64,000 bases of DNA from the NCBI GenBank assembly GCA_040767085.1, contig JAXGPF010000013.1, positions 64,001 to 128,000 of the forward strand, in the 5' to 3' direction. The DNA comes from Kiritimatiellia bacterium. GTDB taxonomy: Bacteria > Verrucomicrobiota > Kiritimatiellia > JAAZAB01. The notes under the pieces are model-generated. The model saw only the letters and a program-made list of their open reading frames with translations, had not been told where the DNA came from and made no database searches. How positions within the stretch are numbered: the first letter of the stretch is position 1; every line of letters starts with the position of its first letter. The translations under genes and the position numbers were made by a program. Shown piece by piece: positions 20,327-30,100 of this stretch.

Positions 20327-20953
20327 GTGGCTGAACGTCTGAAAACGGGCATTGCCGCCGTGTTGTTCGACTTCGACGGGACGCTGACGCGCCCCGGCGG
20401 CATTGACTTCGCCGCCATCAAGCGCGACATCGGCTGCCCGCCGCCGGTGTCCATCCTGGAATTCCTGGAAGAATTGCCGGGTGAACCGCGGCGGCGGGCG
20501 CAGGTCGTGCTGGAGCGTTACGAGGCCGATGCGGCCGCCGCCGCGCAGCCCAACGAAGGCGCGGAAGATTTGATTGACTGGCTACGCGGCCGCGGCATGC
20601 CCATGGGCTTGCTGACGCGCAACAGCCGTGCTTCGGTGCGGGCCGCGCTGGCCAACTTCGCCCGCGTGGCGCTGGAGGATTTCGCCGTGATCGTCACGCG
20701 CGCCGACGTCGCCCGGCCCAAACCCCACCCCGAAGGCGTACACCTGGCCGCGGCGCGCCTGCGCCTGCCGGCCGCGGCGCTGGCGGTGGTGGGCGATTAC
20801 CGCTTTGACATCGAAGCCGGCCGCCAGGCCGGCGCCGTGACTTTTTTCCTGACCAACGGCCAGTCGCCGCCGCCCGGTCTGGCGGCGGATGTGTTTGTAA
20901 ACTCCCTCAAGGAATTGCCCGCGCTGCTGGCCGGCGGATACGCAGTACTATGA
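20327..20953 (+). CDS. HAD-superfamily hydrolase
   Basis: FDFDGTL, LTRN, KPHP, VGDYRFDIEAG. Confidence 0.88.
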   Translation: MAERLKTGIAAVLFDFDGTLTRPGGIDFAAIKRDIGCPPPVSILEFLEELPGEPRRRAQVVLERYEADAAAAAQPNEGAEDLIDWLRGRGMPMGLLTRNSRASVRAALANFARVALEDFAVIVTRADVARPKPHPEGVHLAAARLRLPAAALAVVGDYRFDIEAGRQAGAVTFFLTNGQSPPPGLAADVFVNSLKELPALLAGGYAVL

Positions 20954-21933
20954 TTTCCAATCTGCCAAACTCCGGCGCGGCGCCCCTGCTGGCCGTGGAA
21001 GATTTGCGGTTTTACTTCCGCGCGGCGCGCGCGCCGATCCGGGCCGTGGACGGCGTCTCGTTCGATGTGGCGGCCGGCGAAACCGTGGCGCTGGTCGGCG
21101 AGAGCGGATCGGGCAAGAGCGTCACCGCCCTGTCCCTGGCGCGGCTGGCGGGCGGCGCCGGTTACTTCGCGGGCGGGCGGGTATGGTTTGACGGGCGCGA
21201 CCTGGTCCGGCTGCCGCCGGACGAGTTGCGGCGGCTGCGCGGCGCGGCGATATCGTATGTCTTCCAGGAACCGTCCACCTCGCTCAATCCCGTGTTCCGC
21301 GCCGGCTGGCAGGTGGCGGAAGCGTTGCGGCTGCATCGGCGCGGCCTGGACGCGCGGGCCGAAACGCTGCATTTGTTTCAGATGGTGGGGCTGGCGGACC
21401 CGGAGCGTTGCTGGCGCGCATATCCGCACGAATTGAGCGGGGGTATGCAGCAGCGGGTGATGCTCGCCATGGCCCTGGCCTGCCGGCCGCGCCTGCTGGT
21501 GGCCGACGAGCCGACCACGGCGCTGGATGTGACCGTGCAGGCCCAGATTCTGGAGTTGCTGGTGCGGCTGCAGGCGGAACTGGGCATGGCGGTGCTGTTG
21601 ATCACGCATAACCTGGGTTTGGTGGCCGGGGTGGCGGCCCGGGTGAACGTCATGTACGCCGGCCGCATCGTGGAAGCGGGGCCGGCGGCGGCGGTTTTGC
21701 GCGCGCCGGCCCATCCCTACACCCGCGGTCTGCTGGACGCGGTGCCGCGCCTGGGCGCCGCCGGCGTGGAATTGACGGGCATACCCGGCGCCGTGCCGCA
21801 CCCGGCGCGGTTGCCGGCCGGCTGCAAATTCCATCCGCGCTGCCCGCAGGCGCGGCCGGCATGCCGGCGCTGCGAACCGGAATTAAACGCGGCGGGAGAA
21901 GGACACCTGGTGCGATGCCCCTATTGGAAGTAA
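20950..21933 (+). CDS. oppD: Peptide ABC transporter ATP-binding subunit (OppD/DppD)
   Basis: GESGSGKS, YPHELSGGMQQR, DEPTTALD, HPYT, GCKFHPRC. Confidence 0.92.
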   Translation: MISNLPNSGAAPLLAVEDLRFYFRAARAPIRAVDGVSFDVAAGETVALVGESGSGKSVTALSLARLAGGAGYFAGGRVWFDGRDLVRLPPDELRRLRGAAISYVFQEPSTSLNPVFRAGWQVAEALRLHRRGLDARAETLHLFQMVGLADPERCWRAYPHELSGGMQQRVMLAMALACRPRLLVADEPTTALDVTVQAQILELLVRLQAELGMAVLLITHNLGLVAGVAARVNVMYAGRIVEAGPAAAVLRAPAHPYTRGLLDAVPRLGAAGVELTGIPGAVPHPARLPAGCKFHPRCPQARPACRRCEPELNAAGEGHLVRCPYWK

Positions 21934-22895
21934 ACGATTTGCAGGTGCGGTATCCCGCCGGCCACCGCCGCTGGATCGCGGCGGTGGACGGGGTGTCGCT
22001 GACGCTGGCGGCCGGCGAAAGCGTCGGCCTGGTCGGCGAAAGCGGCTGCGGCAAGAGCACGTTAGGCAATGCCATCCTGCGCCTGGCGCCGGCCAGCGGC
22101 GGCAGCGTGCTTTTCGACGGCCGGCCGGTGGCGGATTTGCGCGGGCGTGCGTTAAACTCATTCCGCCAGCGGGCGCAAATGATTTTCCAGGATCCATACG
22201 GCTCTTTGAATCCGCGTCTGACCATCGGCGCGGCGCTGGACGAGGTGCTGGCGGTGCATCGCCGCGGCCGCCGCGGCGTCCGCCGGGAGCGGGTGGCGGA
22301 ATTGCTGCGGCAAACCGGGTTGGAACCGGATTACGCCCGGCGCTATCCGCACGAATTAAGCGGCGGGCAGCGGCAGCGGGTCGGGATTGCCCGGGCCCTG
22401 GCGCTGGGGCCGGAATTGATTATTGCCGATGAGCCGGTGTCGGCCCTGGACGTTTCCGTGCAGGCGCAGATTCTGCGCCTGATGCGCGACTTGCAGCGCG
22501 CTGCCGGCCTGGCCTGGCTGTTTATCGCGCATGACCTGGCGGTCGTCAATTACATGTGCCAGCGGGTGTATATCATGTACTTCGGCCGGATTATGGAATC
22601 GGGACCCGCCAACGAACTCTTCCGCCGGCCGGCGCATCCTTATGCCGAGGCGTTGCTGGCGGCCGTGCCTTCGGTGGAGTCCGCTGCCGCCCGTTCTCCG
22701 CGCCGGGTGCTGCAGGGCGAAACACCCGCGGCGGGCGCCGCGATCGCCGGTTGTCCGTTCCATCCGCGCTGTGCTTACGCCGTGGAGGTCTGCCGTGCGC
22801 AGATGCCCCCGTTGACGGAATTGGCGCCGGGCCGCTGGTGCCGGTGCCACCTGGCCGCGGCTTGGCTGGAGAGCGGTCCCCGCCGTTTGCATTGA
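21915..22895 (+). CDS. oppF: Peptide ABC transporter ATP-binding subunit (OppF/DppF)
   Basis: GESGCGKST, FQDPYGSLNPR, SGGQRQR, DEPVSALD, GCPFHPRC. Confidence 0.92.
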   Translation: MPLLEVNDLQVRYPAGHRRWIAAVDGVSLTLAAGESVGLVGESGCGKSTLGNAILRLAPASGGSVLFDGRPVADLRGRALNSFRQRAQMIFQDPYGSLNPRLTIGAALDEVLAVHRRGRRGVRRERVAELLRQTGLEPDYARRYPHELSGGQRQRVGIARALALGPELIIADEPVSALDVSVQAQILRLMRDLQRAAGLAWLFIAHDLAVVNYMCQRVYIMYFGRIMESGPANELFRRPAHPYAEALLAAVPSVESAAARSPRRVLQGETPAAGAAIAGCPFHPRCAYAVEVCRAQMPPLTELAPGRWCRCHLAAAWLESGPRRLH

Positions 22896-22920
22896 CCTGT
22901 GCGGCGCTAAATGCTACATT
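22892..22920 (+). promoter_or_regulatory. Putative sigma70 promoter for the MBOAT operon
   Basis: TTGACC-17 bp-TACATT with an extended -10 TG. Confidence 0.55.
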
Positions 22921-22990
22921 TTGTGCCCAGACATGCAGACTGGCCGGCAAGGCGGGCGGCGGCTGAAGTTCGAGAAAGTCACTCTGATTT

Positions 22991-24448
22991 ATGTTGTTTC
23001 CCACCATTGATTTTGCCCTGTTTTTTCTGATCGTCTTCGTTGCATGCTGGTGGCTGCGCCGGCGCTCGGCGATTTGGAAATGGAGCATGCTGGCCGCCAG
23101 CTACTTCTTTTACGGCTATTGGGATTGGCGGTTTGTCGGATTGCTGGTTGGGTCCAGCGCGGCCAATCACCTGCTGGCGCTGTGGATTGACCGTGCGCTC
23201 CGAGCGGGCGTGCGTCGCCTGGCGCTGGCCGCGGCGGTGACGCTCAATCTGGGCGTACTGGTGTTTTTCAAGTATGCCGCCTTTTTCGCGCAGCAGGCCT
23301 TTTGGATGCAGCACCGCTTGTTCGCCAACGCCAGCGTGGAACAATGGCTGCCGCTGTTCAACTACCTCGGCAGCATCATCCTGCCGGTCGGCATTTCCTT
23401 CTTCACCTTCCAGGCCTTGAGCTACGTCCTTGATGTTTACCGCCGGCAGATGGCGCCAGCCCGCTGCTGGATGGATTTTGCGCTGTACCTGGCGTTTTTC
23501 CCGCAACTGGTCGCCGGCCCGATCGTGCGAGCCCGCGACTTGATGGGGCAGTTGGCCGTGCCGCTGACGCCGCGGCGGCTGGATCTCGGCCGCGCCGCGT
23601 CGATGATCCTGGGCGGGCTGTTCAAGAAAATCGTGGTGGCCAATTACCTGGCGGAAAAAATAGTGGACCCGGTGTTTGCGCGGCCGGATTTGTACGGCGC
23701 CTGGGATACCATCGTGGCGGTGTACGCTTATGCCATCCAGATTTACTGCGATTTTTCGGCTTATTCGGACATGGCCATCGGCTTTTGCCTCCTGCTGGGA
23801 TTTCATATTCCCTTGAATTTCGATGCGCCGTACCTGGCCGGCTCCATCCAGAAATTCTGGCGGCGCTGGCATATATCGCTCTCCTCTTTCCTGCGCGATT
23901 ACCTCTATATCCCCCTGGGCGGGTCGCGCTGCAGCGAGGCGCGCACCTGCATCAACCTGATGGTGACGTTCCTGCTGGGCGGGCTCTGGCATGGCGCGGG
24001 CTGGACCTTTATTATCTGGGGCGCCTTGCACGGTTTTTACCTGGTGGTGGAACGGCTGGGCGGTCAGTTGCTGGCCCGGTGCGGCCGGAACTGGTCCGGC
24101 GCCGGCGCCGGCATCCTGCGGGGGCTGGCCGTCTGGCACCTGGTCTGCTTTTCCTGGCTGTTTTTCCGTTGCCAGAGTTTCGGCGGCGCGGCGGCCATGC
24201 TGCAGGCCCTGGCGCGCTGGCGGCAGCCGGTGGAATGCGTCAGCGGCATGGTCCTGGCGGTGATTGCGGTCGGATACCTGACGCAATTGCTTGACGGCCG
24301 GCGCTGCGAGCGGTGGTGGAACGTTTTCGGGCGCTGGCATCCGCTCTGGCAGGGCGCGGCGGCCGCGGCGGTGTTGACTTTGATCCTGGGGCTGGGCCCC
24401 AAGGGCGTCGCCCCATTTATTTGTTTCCTCACCAGAATTTGTGGGTGA
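22991..24448 (+). CDS. MBOAT O-acyltransferase (AlgI/PatA/DltB family); native C-terminus (YFQF*, ending 25978) cut off by ISL3
   Basis: LPVGISFFTFQ, FFPQLVAGPI, YCDFSAYSD, FWRRWHISLS, GLWHGA; removing the IS restores APFIYFQF*. Confidence 0.92.
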   Translation: MLFPTIDFALFFLIVFVACWWLRRRSAIWKWSMLAASYFFYGYWDWRFVGLLVGSSAANHLLALWIDRALRAGVRRLALAAAVTLNLGVLVFFKYAAFFAQQAFWMQHRLFANASVEQWLPLFNYLGSIILPVGISFFTFQALSYVLDVYRRQMAPARCWMDFALYLAFFPQLVAGPIVRARDLMGQLAVPLTPRRLDLGRAASMILGGLFKKIVVANYLAEKIVDPVFARPDLYGAWDTIVAVYAYAIQIYCDFSAYSDMAIGFCLLLGFHIPLNFDAPYLAGSIQKFWRRWHISLSSFLRDYLYIPLGGSRCSEARTCINLMVTFLLGGLWHGAGWTFIIWGALHGFYLVVERLGGQLLARCGRNWSGAGAGILRGLAVWHLVCFSWLFFRCQSFGGAAAMLQALARWRQPVECVSGMVLAVIAVGYLTQLLDGRRCERWWNVFGRWHPLWQGAAAAAVLTLILGLGPKGVAPFICFLTRICG

Positions 24449-25956
24449 TTACCGGTTCGGGCAATTGCCCAAGGGTATGATATAGCGCCATTTCCGCGCC
24501 ATGAAAAGTTCTGAAGCCATAAGATCGTTTGGTAACCACTCGAGCTTTATTGTTCAAGCCCTCGGTTGCGCCAGTAAAAACCTCGTTTCTGGCTCTGATC
24601 CAGTTCAAAAGCAGCTCCTCGTGTTTAGCAATGGTTTTAGCCGCCTTAATGATTGGCGCAATGCGGCTACGACAGGCGCGCTTGACCCATGCCTGGAGAT
24701 AATTACGCGCCCAGGTTGGGCTGTGATAGCTCCAAAAATGCTGAAAGCTTTCCTTGAACAAATAGGCGCGGCCGGTTTGCAGTCTTGTGCCCAATATCCG
24801 ATCAAGCATTTCGCGAGCTTTGCCGCGCACGCGGGTTTTGCGGCGCAGCAAGGTCCAGCGCATTTTCTTGAGTTTTTGCTTGGCCGCCGGACGCGCTGTC
24901 ATCGCCGCCATATCCCGGCGCCGGACCTCGTCCACGGCGGCATTCAAGGTTTGCACGACATGGAAGCGGTCAATCATGTGGCAACCGTGGCTGAGGCTCG
25001 CAGCAATGACTTTCAGATAAGGTCGCCACATATCGCTACATATATGTCGAATGCCGGCCAGCACGGGTTTTCCCAAAGATTGCAACCCTTTACGCAGCGC
25101 GGCCGCCCGGCGGGTTTGGCCGACCCAGAGCAATCGGCGGCATTGCGCATCAATCTGATAGATCAAGGTCAGATAGTTCTTGCTCTTTTTACCGTTGCCT
25201 ACGTGGAGTTCATCAACACCAATCGCCGTTATATTGGCCAATTCCCGGTGCGCCAAGCCCCATTCCACCATCCACTCGACCGACCGATAAACCGCCTGCC
25301 AACTGACTTTGAAAATCAGCGCCGTCTCTTTCCAGGACAACCTCCGCGCCCAGTTCCCCAAAAAAAGCATCAGCGCCTTGCTGTAGGGTCGTTTGCCATC
25401 GCTCCAAGGCAGCGCTTCCACCACCACGCCATGTTCGGGGCAATTTACCCGGCGCGGACTATAATGCAAAAAAGCCGGCACATTCAAAATGGGCACAAAC
25501 GCCCATATCCGTTCAGGCAGAGTGTCGTATGTCGCCAGCGGTCGCCCGCAACGCGAGCAGCATGCCGCGCGTTGGCGATGCGGACGAATGCTTATATCCA
25601 CTTTCCATTGGCCGCGACGATCCAAAACCATACAAGTTTCCTGATAAATAAAACGTTTCAAAGGTTGCAAACGATTCAAAATTGTTTTAAGTTTCACCTT
25701 GGGCTGGTCCTCCTTTTTTTGTGTTCACCCATTGCATACGCAATGGATTACGGAAAGGCCAGCCTATTTTTTTGCCGCCGCTTTATCTCCGTTCCGCCAT
25801 CGCGCCAATCAGGAGTTATTAATCAGGCTGCTGCGGGGCCGCCAAACGCCCAAAGCGGCAGGCTGTTAATAACTCCACCATCTTTTGGCGCCATTGCTTG
25901 GAGAACTTCTTAAACTTTAAAACCTGTTTTTTACCCACAAATTCTGGTTAGGAGCC
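24423..25956 (-). mobile_element. ISL3-family insertion sequence, 1534 bp
   Basis: Imperfect ~26-bp terminal inverted repeats (ggctcctaaccagaatttgtgggt / gtttcctcaccagaatttgtgggt); 8-bp direct repeat ATTTATTT at 24415-24422 and 25957-25964. Confidence 0.92.
24429..25697 (-). CDS. ISL3-family transposase
   Basis: CSRCG..CPEHG zinc finger, IGVDE, CSDMW, IDRFHV, TEGLNNK..RSYGFR. Confidence 0.93.
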   Translation of the reverse strand: MKLKTILNRLQPLKRFIYQETCMVLDRRGQWKVDISIRPHRQRAACCSRCGRPLATYDTLPERIWAFVPILNVPAFLHYSPRRVNCPEHGVVVEALPWSDGKRPYSKALMLFLGNWARRLSWKETALIFKVSWQAVYRSVEWMVEWGLAHRELANITAIGVDELHVGNGKKSKNYLTLIYQIDAQCRRLLWVGQTRRAAALRKGLQSLGKPVLAGIRHICSDMWRPYLKVIAASLSHGCHMIDRFHVVQTLNAAVDEVRRRDMAAMTARPAAKQKLKKMRWTLLRRKTRVRGKAREMLDRILGTRLQTGRAYLFKESFQHFWSYHSPTWARNYLQAWVKRACRSRIAPIIKAAKTIAKHEELLLNWIRARNEVFTGATEGLNNKARVVTKRSYGFRTFHGAEMALYHTLGQLPEPVITHKFW

Positions 25957-26059
25957 ATTTATTTATTTCCAATTTTAACTTCTACATGGTAAATTTACTA
26001 AATCAGCTCGGGACGGCGGCGCGGCCGCCGGCGCGCGCCGGATAGCGCAGGAGACCAGG

Positions 26060-26338
26060 ATGGCGCAAAACGTTAAACCGGATGACCGGCGGGATATCGG
26101 TGAAATGAGGGCGGAAGCGCAGGCGGGCGTTTCGCTGCGCCGCCTGGCTGCGGCCTTGCTGGTGTTTTACCTGGTCGCCGGGATTTTGAACGGCCGGCAT
26201 TTGTACGAGGCGGCGGAAAGGCGCCCCTACGGGCGCGTGCGGGATATCTGGCTGGCAGCGCTGGCGCCGGCGCGCAGTCTCTCCGTTGCGCTTGGCGCGG
26301 ACCGGTTCCGTGCGATGTTGGAACATCTGAGGGATTAA
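26060..26338 (+). CDS. Small membrane protein in the acetylation operon
   Basis: AGGAG RBS; one TM followed by LNGRHLYEAAERRPYG; lies between the MBOAT and SGNH genes. Confidence 0.65.
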   Translation: MAQNVKPDDRRDIGEMRAEAQAGVSLRRLAAALLVFYLVAGILNGRHLYEAAERRPYGRVRDIWLAALAPARSLSVALGADRFRAMLEHLRD

Positions 26339-26353
26339 CATAGGAGCAGCGGC

Positions 26354-27097
26354 ATGAAAACGAGCATGGCGGGACAATGGGCGGTATGGTTGGCGGCGTG
26401 GACCGCCGCTACAGCAATGTGGGCCGCGCCGGCGGAGGCGCCGGCTGCTCCCGCGCGCGTTTTGATCATCGGCGATTCGATGATGAAACTGCCGGCGCAT
26501 GCGATCGAGCTGGCGTTGGCGGGACGCGCGGGTGTGACGACGCGCGCCTACACCTCCATTGGCACCGGGCTGGCCCGCTTGGATTCGTTCGATTGGATGG
26601 AAAAAACCCGGACCCTGCAGCAGGAATTCAACCCGGATATCACCCTGGTCTGCTTTGGCACCAACGACCGCCAACCCATGCAGACCGCCGACCGCATCGT
26701 CAAGGTGGAAGACGCGGAATGGGAGCAGGAGTACGCCCGGCGGGTGGGCGCCTTGATGGACTTGATCATCGCGCGCCCCGCAGCCCGCATACTGTGGCTG
26801 GAATTGCCCGATATGCGCGATGAAAAAATTCAAGCGGATGTGCTGCTGATCAACCGCCTGGTTCAGGAAGAAGCCGCCAAGCGTCCGCCGGTGGAGTTTT
26901 TCGGCACGCGGGCGATCCTGGGGCACCGCCCCGGCAAGTTCACGCCGTACGTCATCGGAACCAAAGGCTTGCCGGTCCAGGTGCGGGATCCGGATGGCAT
27001 GCATTTGAATCGCGCCGGCGCCGACCGCCTGGCGGAACATATCGTTAAGGCAATCTATGGAACAGCGACGGACGCCGGGACAAGTCAGGGCCGGTAA
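26354..27097 (+). CDS. SGNH/GDSL acetyltransferase (DUF459/PatB-like)
   Basis: Signal peptide; IGDS, GTGL, FGTND, DGMH blocks. Confidence 0.85.
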   Translation: MKTSMAGQWAVWLAAWTAATAMWAAPAEAPAAPARVLIIGDSMMKLPAHAIELALAGRAGVTTRAYTSIGTGLARLDSFDWMEKTRTLQQEFNPDITLVCFGTNDRQPMQTADRIVKVEDAEWEQEYARRVGALMDLIIARPAARILWLELPDMRDEKIQADVLLINRLVQEEAAKRPPVEFFGTRAILGHRPGKFTPYVIGTKGLPVQVRDPDGMHLNRAGADRLAEHIVKAIYGTATDAGTSQGR

Positions 27098-27107
27098 AAT
27101 TTTGCGG

Positions 27108-30100
27108 ATGGGCCCGCGGTGGATTTGGGCCTGTCTGGGCTGGTTTGGCGCCGCCGCGGCGCCGGCCGCGCTGGCGCAGGACGCCGCCGCGCCGTCCTCC
27201 AATCCCCCTCCGGCAATCGCCACCGAAGCGGCCGCGGCCGCCGGCGGGCCCGCGGTTGCCGCCGCGCCGACCAACCTGGCGCCGGTGAGCGCCATCGATG
27301 CCGGCGGCCGGATGCGCGCCAAGCTGTACGAGGCCATGCTCAACGTGCAGGACAAGCAGTACGAGGCGGCCATCCCCAAGCTGGAGGCGGTGATCACGGA
27401 AGACCCAACCCTGCTGGAAGCCTGGTCCACGCTAGGCTGGGCTTACTGGGCCCTGGACCGCAAAAAGGAGGCGGCGGCGCTCTGGCAGCGCCTGGTGAAC
27501 ATAGCGCCCAACGAGCCGATGGGCTACAGCCTGATGGCCCAGGTCGCCGTGCATGACGGCGATCTCTCGCGCGCCGAAGAGCTTTACCGCAAAAGCCTGG
27601 CGCTTAATCCCGACCAGTATGAAATGCGCATATCCCTGGCGCGCGTTTTGCTGTGGAGCGGTAAAACCGGGCAGGCCAGCAAGGATTTGCGCCGCCTGCT
27701 GGATGAAGATCCTGACCGGCTGGACGTGGAAATCGACCTGGCCTGGGCCATGTACGCCAACGAGGAATACGAGGATGTGCTGGATGTCTGGAACCACATC
27801 AACGAGGTCGTGCCCGATCAGCCCGGCTACATGGTGGCGCGCGCGCAAGTCCTGCTGTTGATCGGGTCGCTGACGGAAGCCGAAAGCGAAGCCCGCCGCA
27901 TTCTGGAAATCGATCCGGACAACCGGGACGCTTTCAACCTGCTGGCGAACCTGGCCATGCGCGCGCGCCGCCCCGAGGAAGCGGTGGACGCTTTGCGCAA
28001 GGTATACGATCTGGCTAAAAAAGACGATGCCCGGGCCCGGGTGGCGCTGCAAATCGCGAATTACATGAAAGCCGTGTATGACACGGATAAGACCGTTTTT
28101 ACCCTGGCACAATGCCTGGAAGCCGCCCGCGACGCATATCAACTGGACCCGGAGAATGTTTCCGTCAAACTGTTTTATGGCGAACTCATGACCGCCGACC
28201 GCCAATTCGGCCCCGCCGAAGAAATTTTCCAGTCAGTGCTCCGCGAGAACAATCCTTTCAACCTCCGCGCCCACACGGACCTGGTGCAAATCCTGCTGGC
28301 GCGCATGCAACTCGATGCGGCGGAGAAAAAGATGAACGACAATCTCCGCCTGTTCAATGCCAACAATCCTTACCGGCACCTGTTCTGGGCGCAGTTGCAT
28401 TTTGCCCGCGGCAATACCCCCGCCGCCATGGACGCCCTGGAGCGCCTGGAGCGCGAAGGGTCCGCGGGCGCGGTCTTCACCTTGTTGTACCACGGGATTT
28501 CGCCCAGCGAATGGGGGGATGTGCCGTCGGTCCGCCAGTTCCGCGAGCACTTGATGGTGCTGCGGCGCGCGGGATTCAAGTTCATCACCCCGTCCCAATT
28601 CGACGATTACTTCGCCAAACATGCCAAGCCGCCGCCGGTGGAAGAGCCGCGGCCGCTGCTGAACCGCGCCGTACAGGGCCTGCGCCACGCCTGGAGCGGC
28701 CAGCGGACGGAGACGACTCCGCGCCTGTCCGATTATACACCGGACCTGACGGTTTGCGTGACGATGGACGATGCGCTCCGCAATTCCCTGCGTTACGGCA
28801 ACTTTGTGGCGGAGGAATTGCAGGTGCCGCTGACCATGTTTTTGCCGGTGGGCAACGTCCTGAAACACGACACCTACACGGCTTCGTTCCAGGAAATCCG
28901 GGAGTACCAGGCGTCGGGGCTGTGGGAACTGCAAAGCCATCTCATGCAGGCCAGCTATACCGCGATGACCAACCGGCAGGGGCGGGAGGTCAATCCCCTG
29001 CCGAATCTCATCTGGCTGCCGGAAAAAAAACGGCAGGAATCCCTGCGCGAGTACCACGCCCGGTTGCGGCATGAATTCCGCGATTCGCGGCGGATTCTGG
29101 CGCGCGAACTGGGTTTGGAAGAATCCGCCCTCAACGCCGTGGCTTACCCGGTCGGCGACATCGGCCAGGAGACTTCCTGCAATATTGACGTGTTCAACGT
29201 CCCGGAAGTGATTCTGAACGAGGCCGAGGTTAGCTACCGCATGGGCTTTATCCAGGACGAGTTTGGCTATTCCATGCCCTCCGACAATCCCATGCTTTAC
29301 AAGCGCTATGAACCGAAGCGCTTTACCACCGGCCGCGAAGTGTACCGGGCGGCCATGCGCAACCATCCCGTTTTCTGCGCGCGCCGGATGCGGGCGGAAA
29401 TCGCCGCTCTGAGCGGCCAATTACACCTGGCGCAGGAAATGGTGCAACTGCTGAAGCGCGATGGCTACCCCGAGGAAGACCTGGCGGTAATTAACGCCTT
29501 GGTGCAGAAGCATGTCGCCCGCCTGATGCCCCCGCCCGAAACCGCACCGGGTCATGACATCCACAAAGAGGCGTTCCTGGAGCCGCGGGAACCTTTCCTG
29601 GCGGCCGAAGGGGACTACACCAAGGCGAACGTGATGATCGAATCCTGGCATGGCGGCGCCGCCGCCGGTTTGAATGTGAACCCGCGGTTGAGCCTGGAAG
29701 TGCGCGCCGGCGTCGGCGGCATCAAGCAAACCGTAAAATCCAACATGGTGGTGAAAGTCGAGCAGACCAGCGAGTCTTCGTCCTATTCCGATATCACGAT
29801 CATCACCGACGGCGAGACATCACAACAGCAGCAATACAGCACCACAATCACCACGGTCATGCTGCAATCCAACAAGGTCACCGAATACAAATACAAGGCG
29901 GACGAGCAAATGATCGGCGCCGCGCTGAATTACATTCACGCCCATGGCGCGAACACCATCATGGATTTGCGCTACCGCTCTTTCAAGGGCGACGAATTCG
30001 AGGACAACACCGGCGCCGTGGCCGGCGCCCTGGAGCACCAGTGGCGCCCGGTGCCCGCGTTCGACACTTCCGTGCGCTACCAGCATGACCTCGTGCCCTC

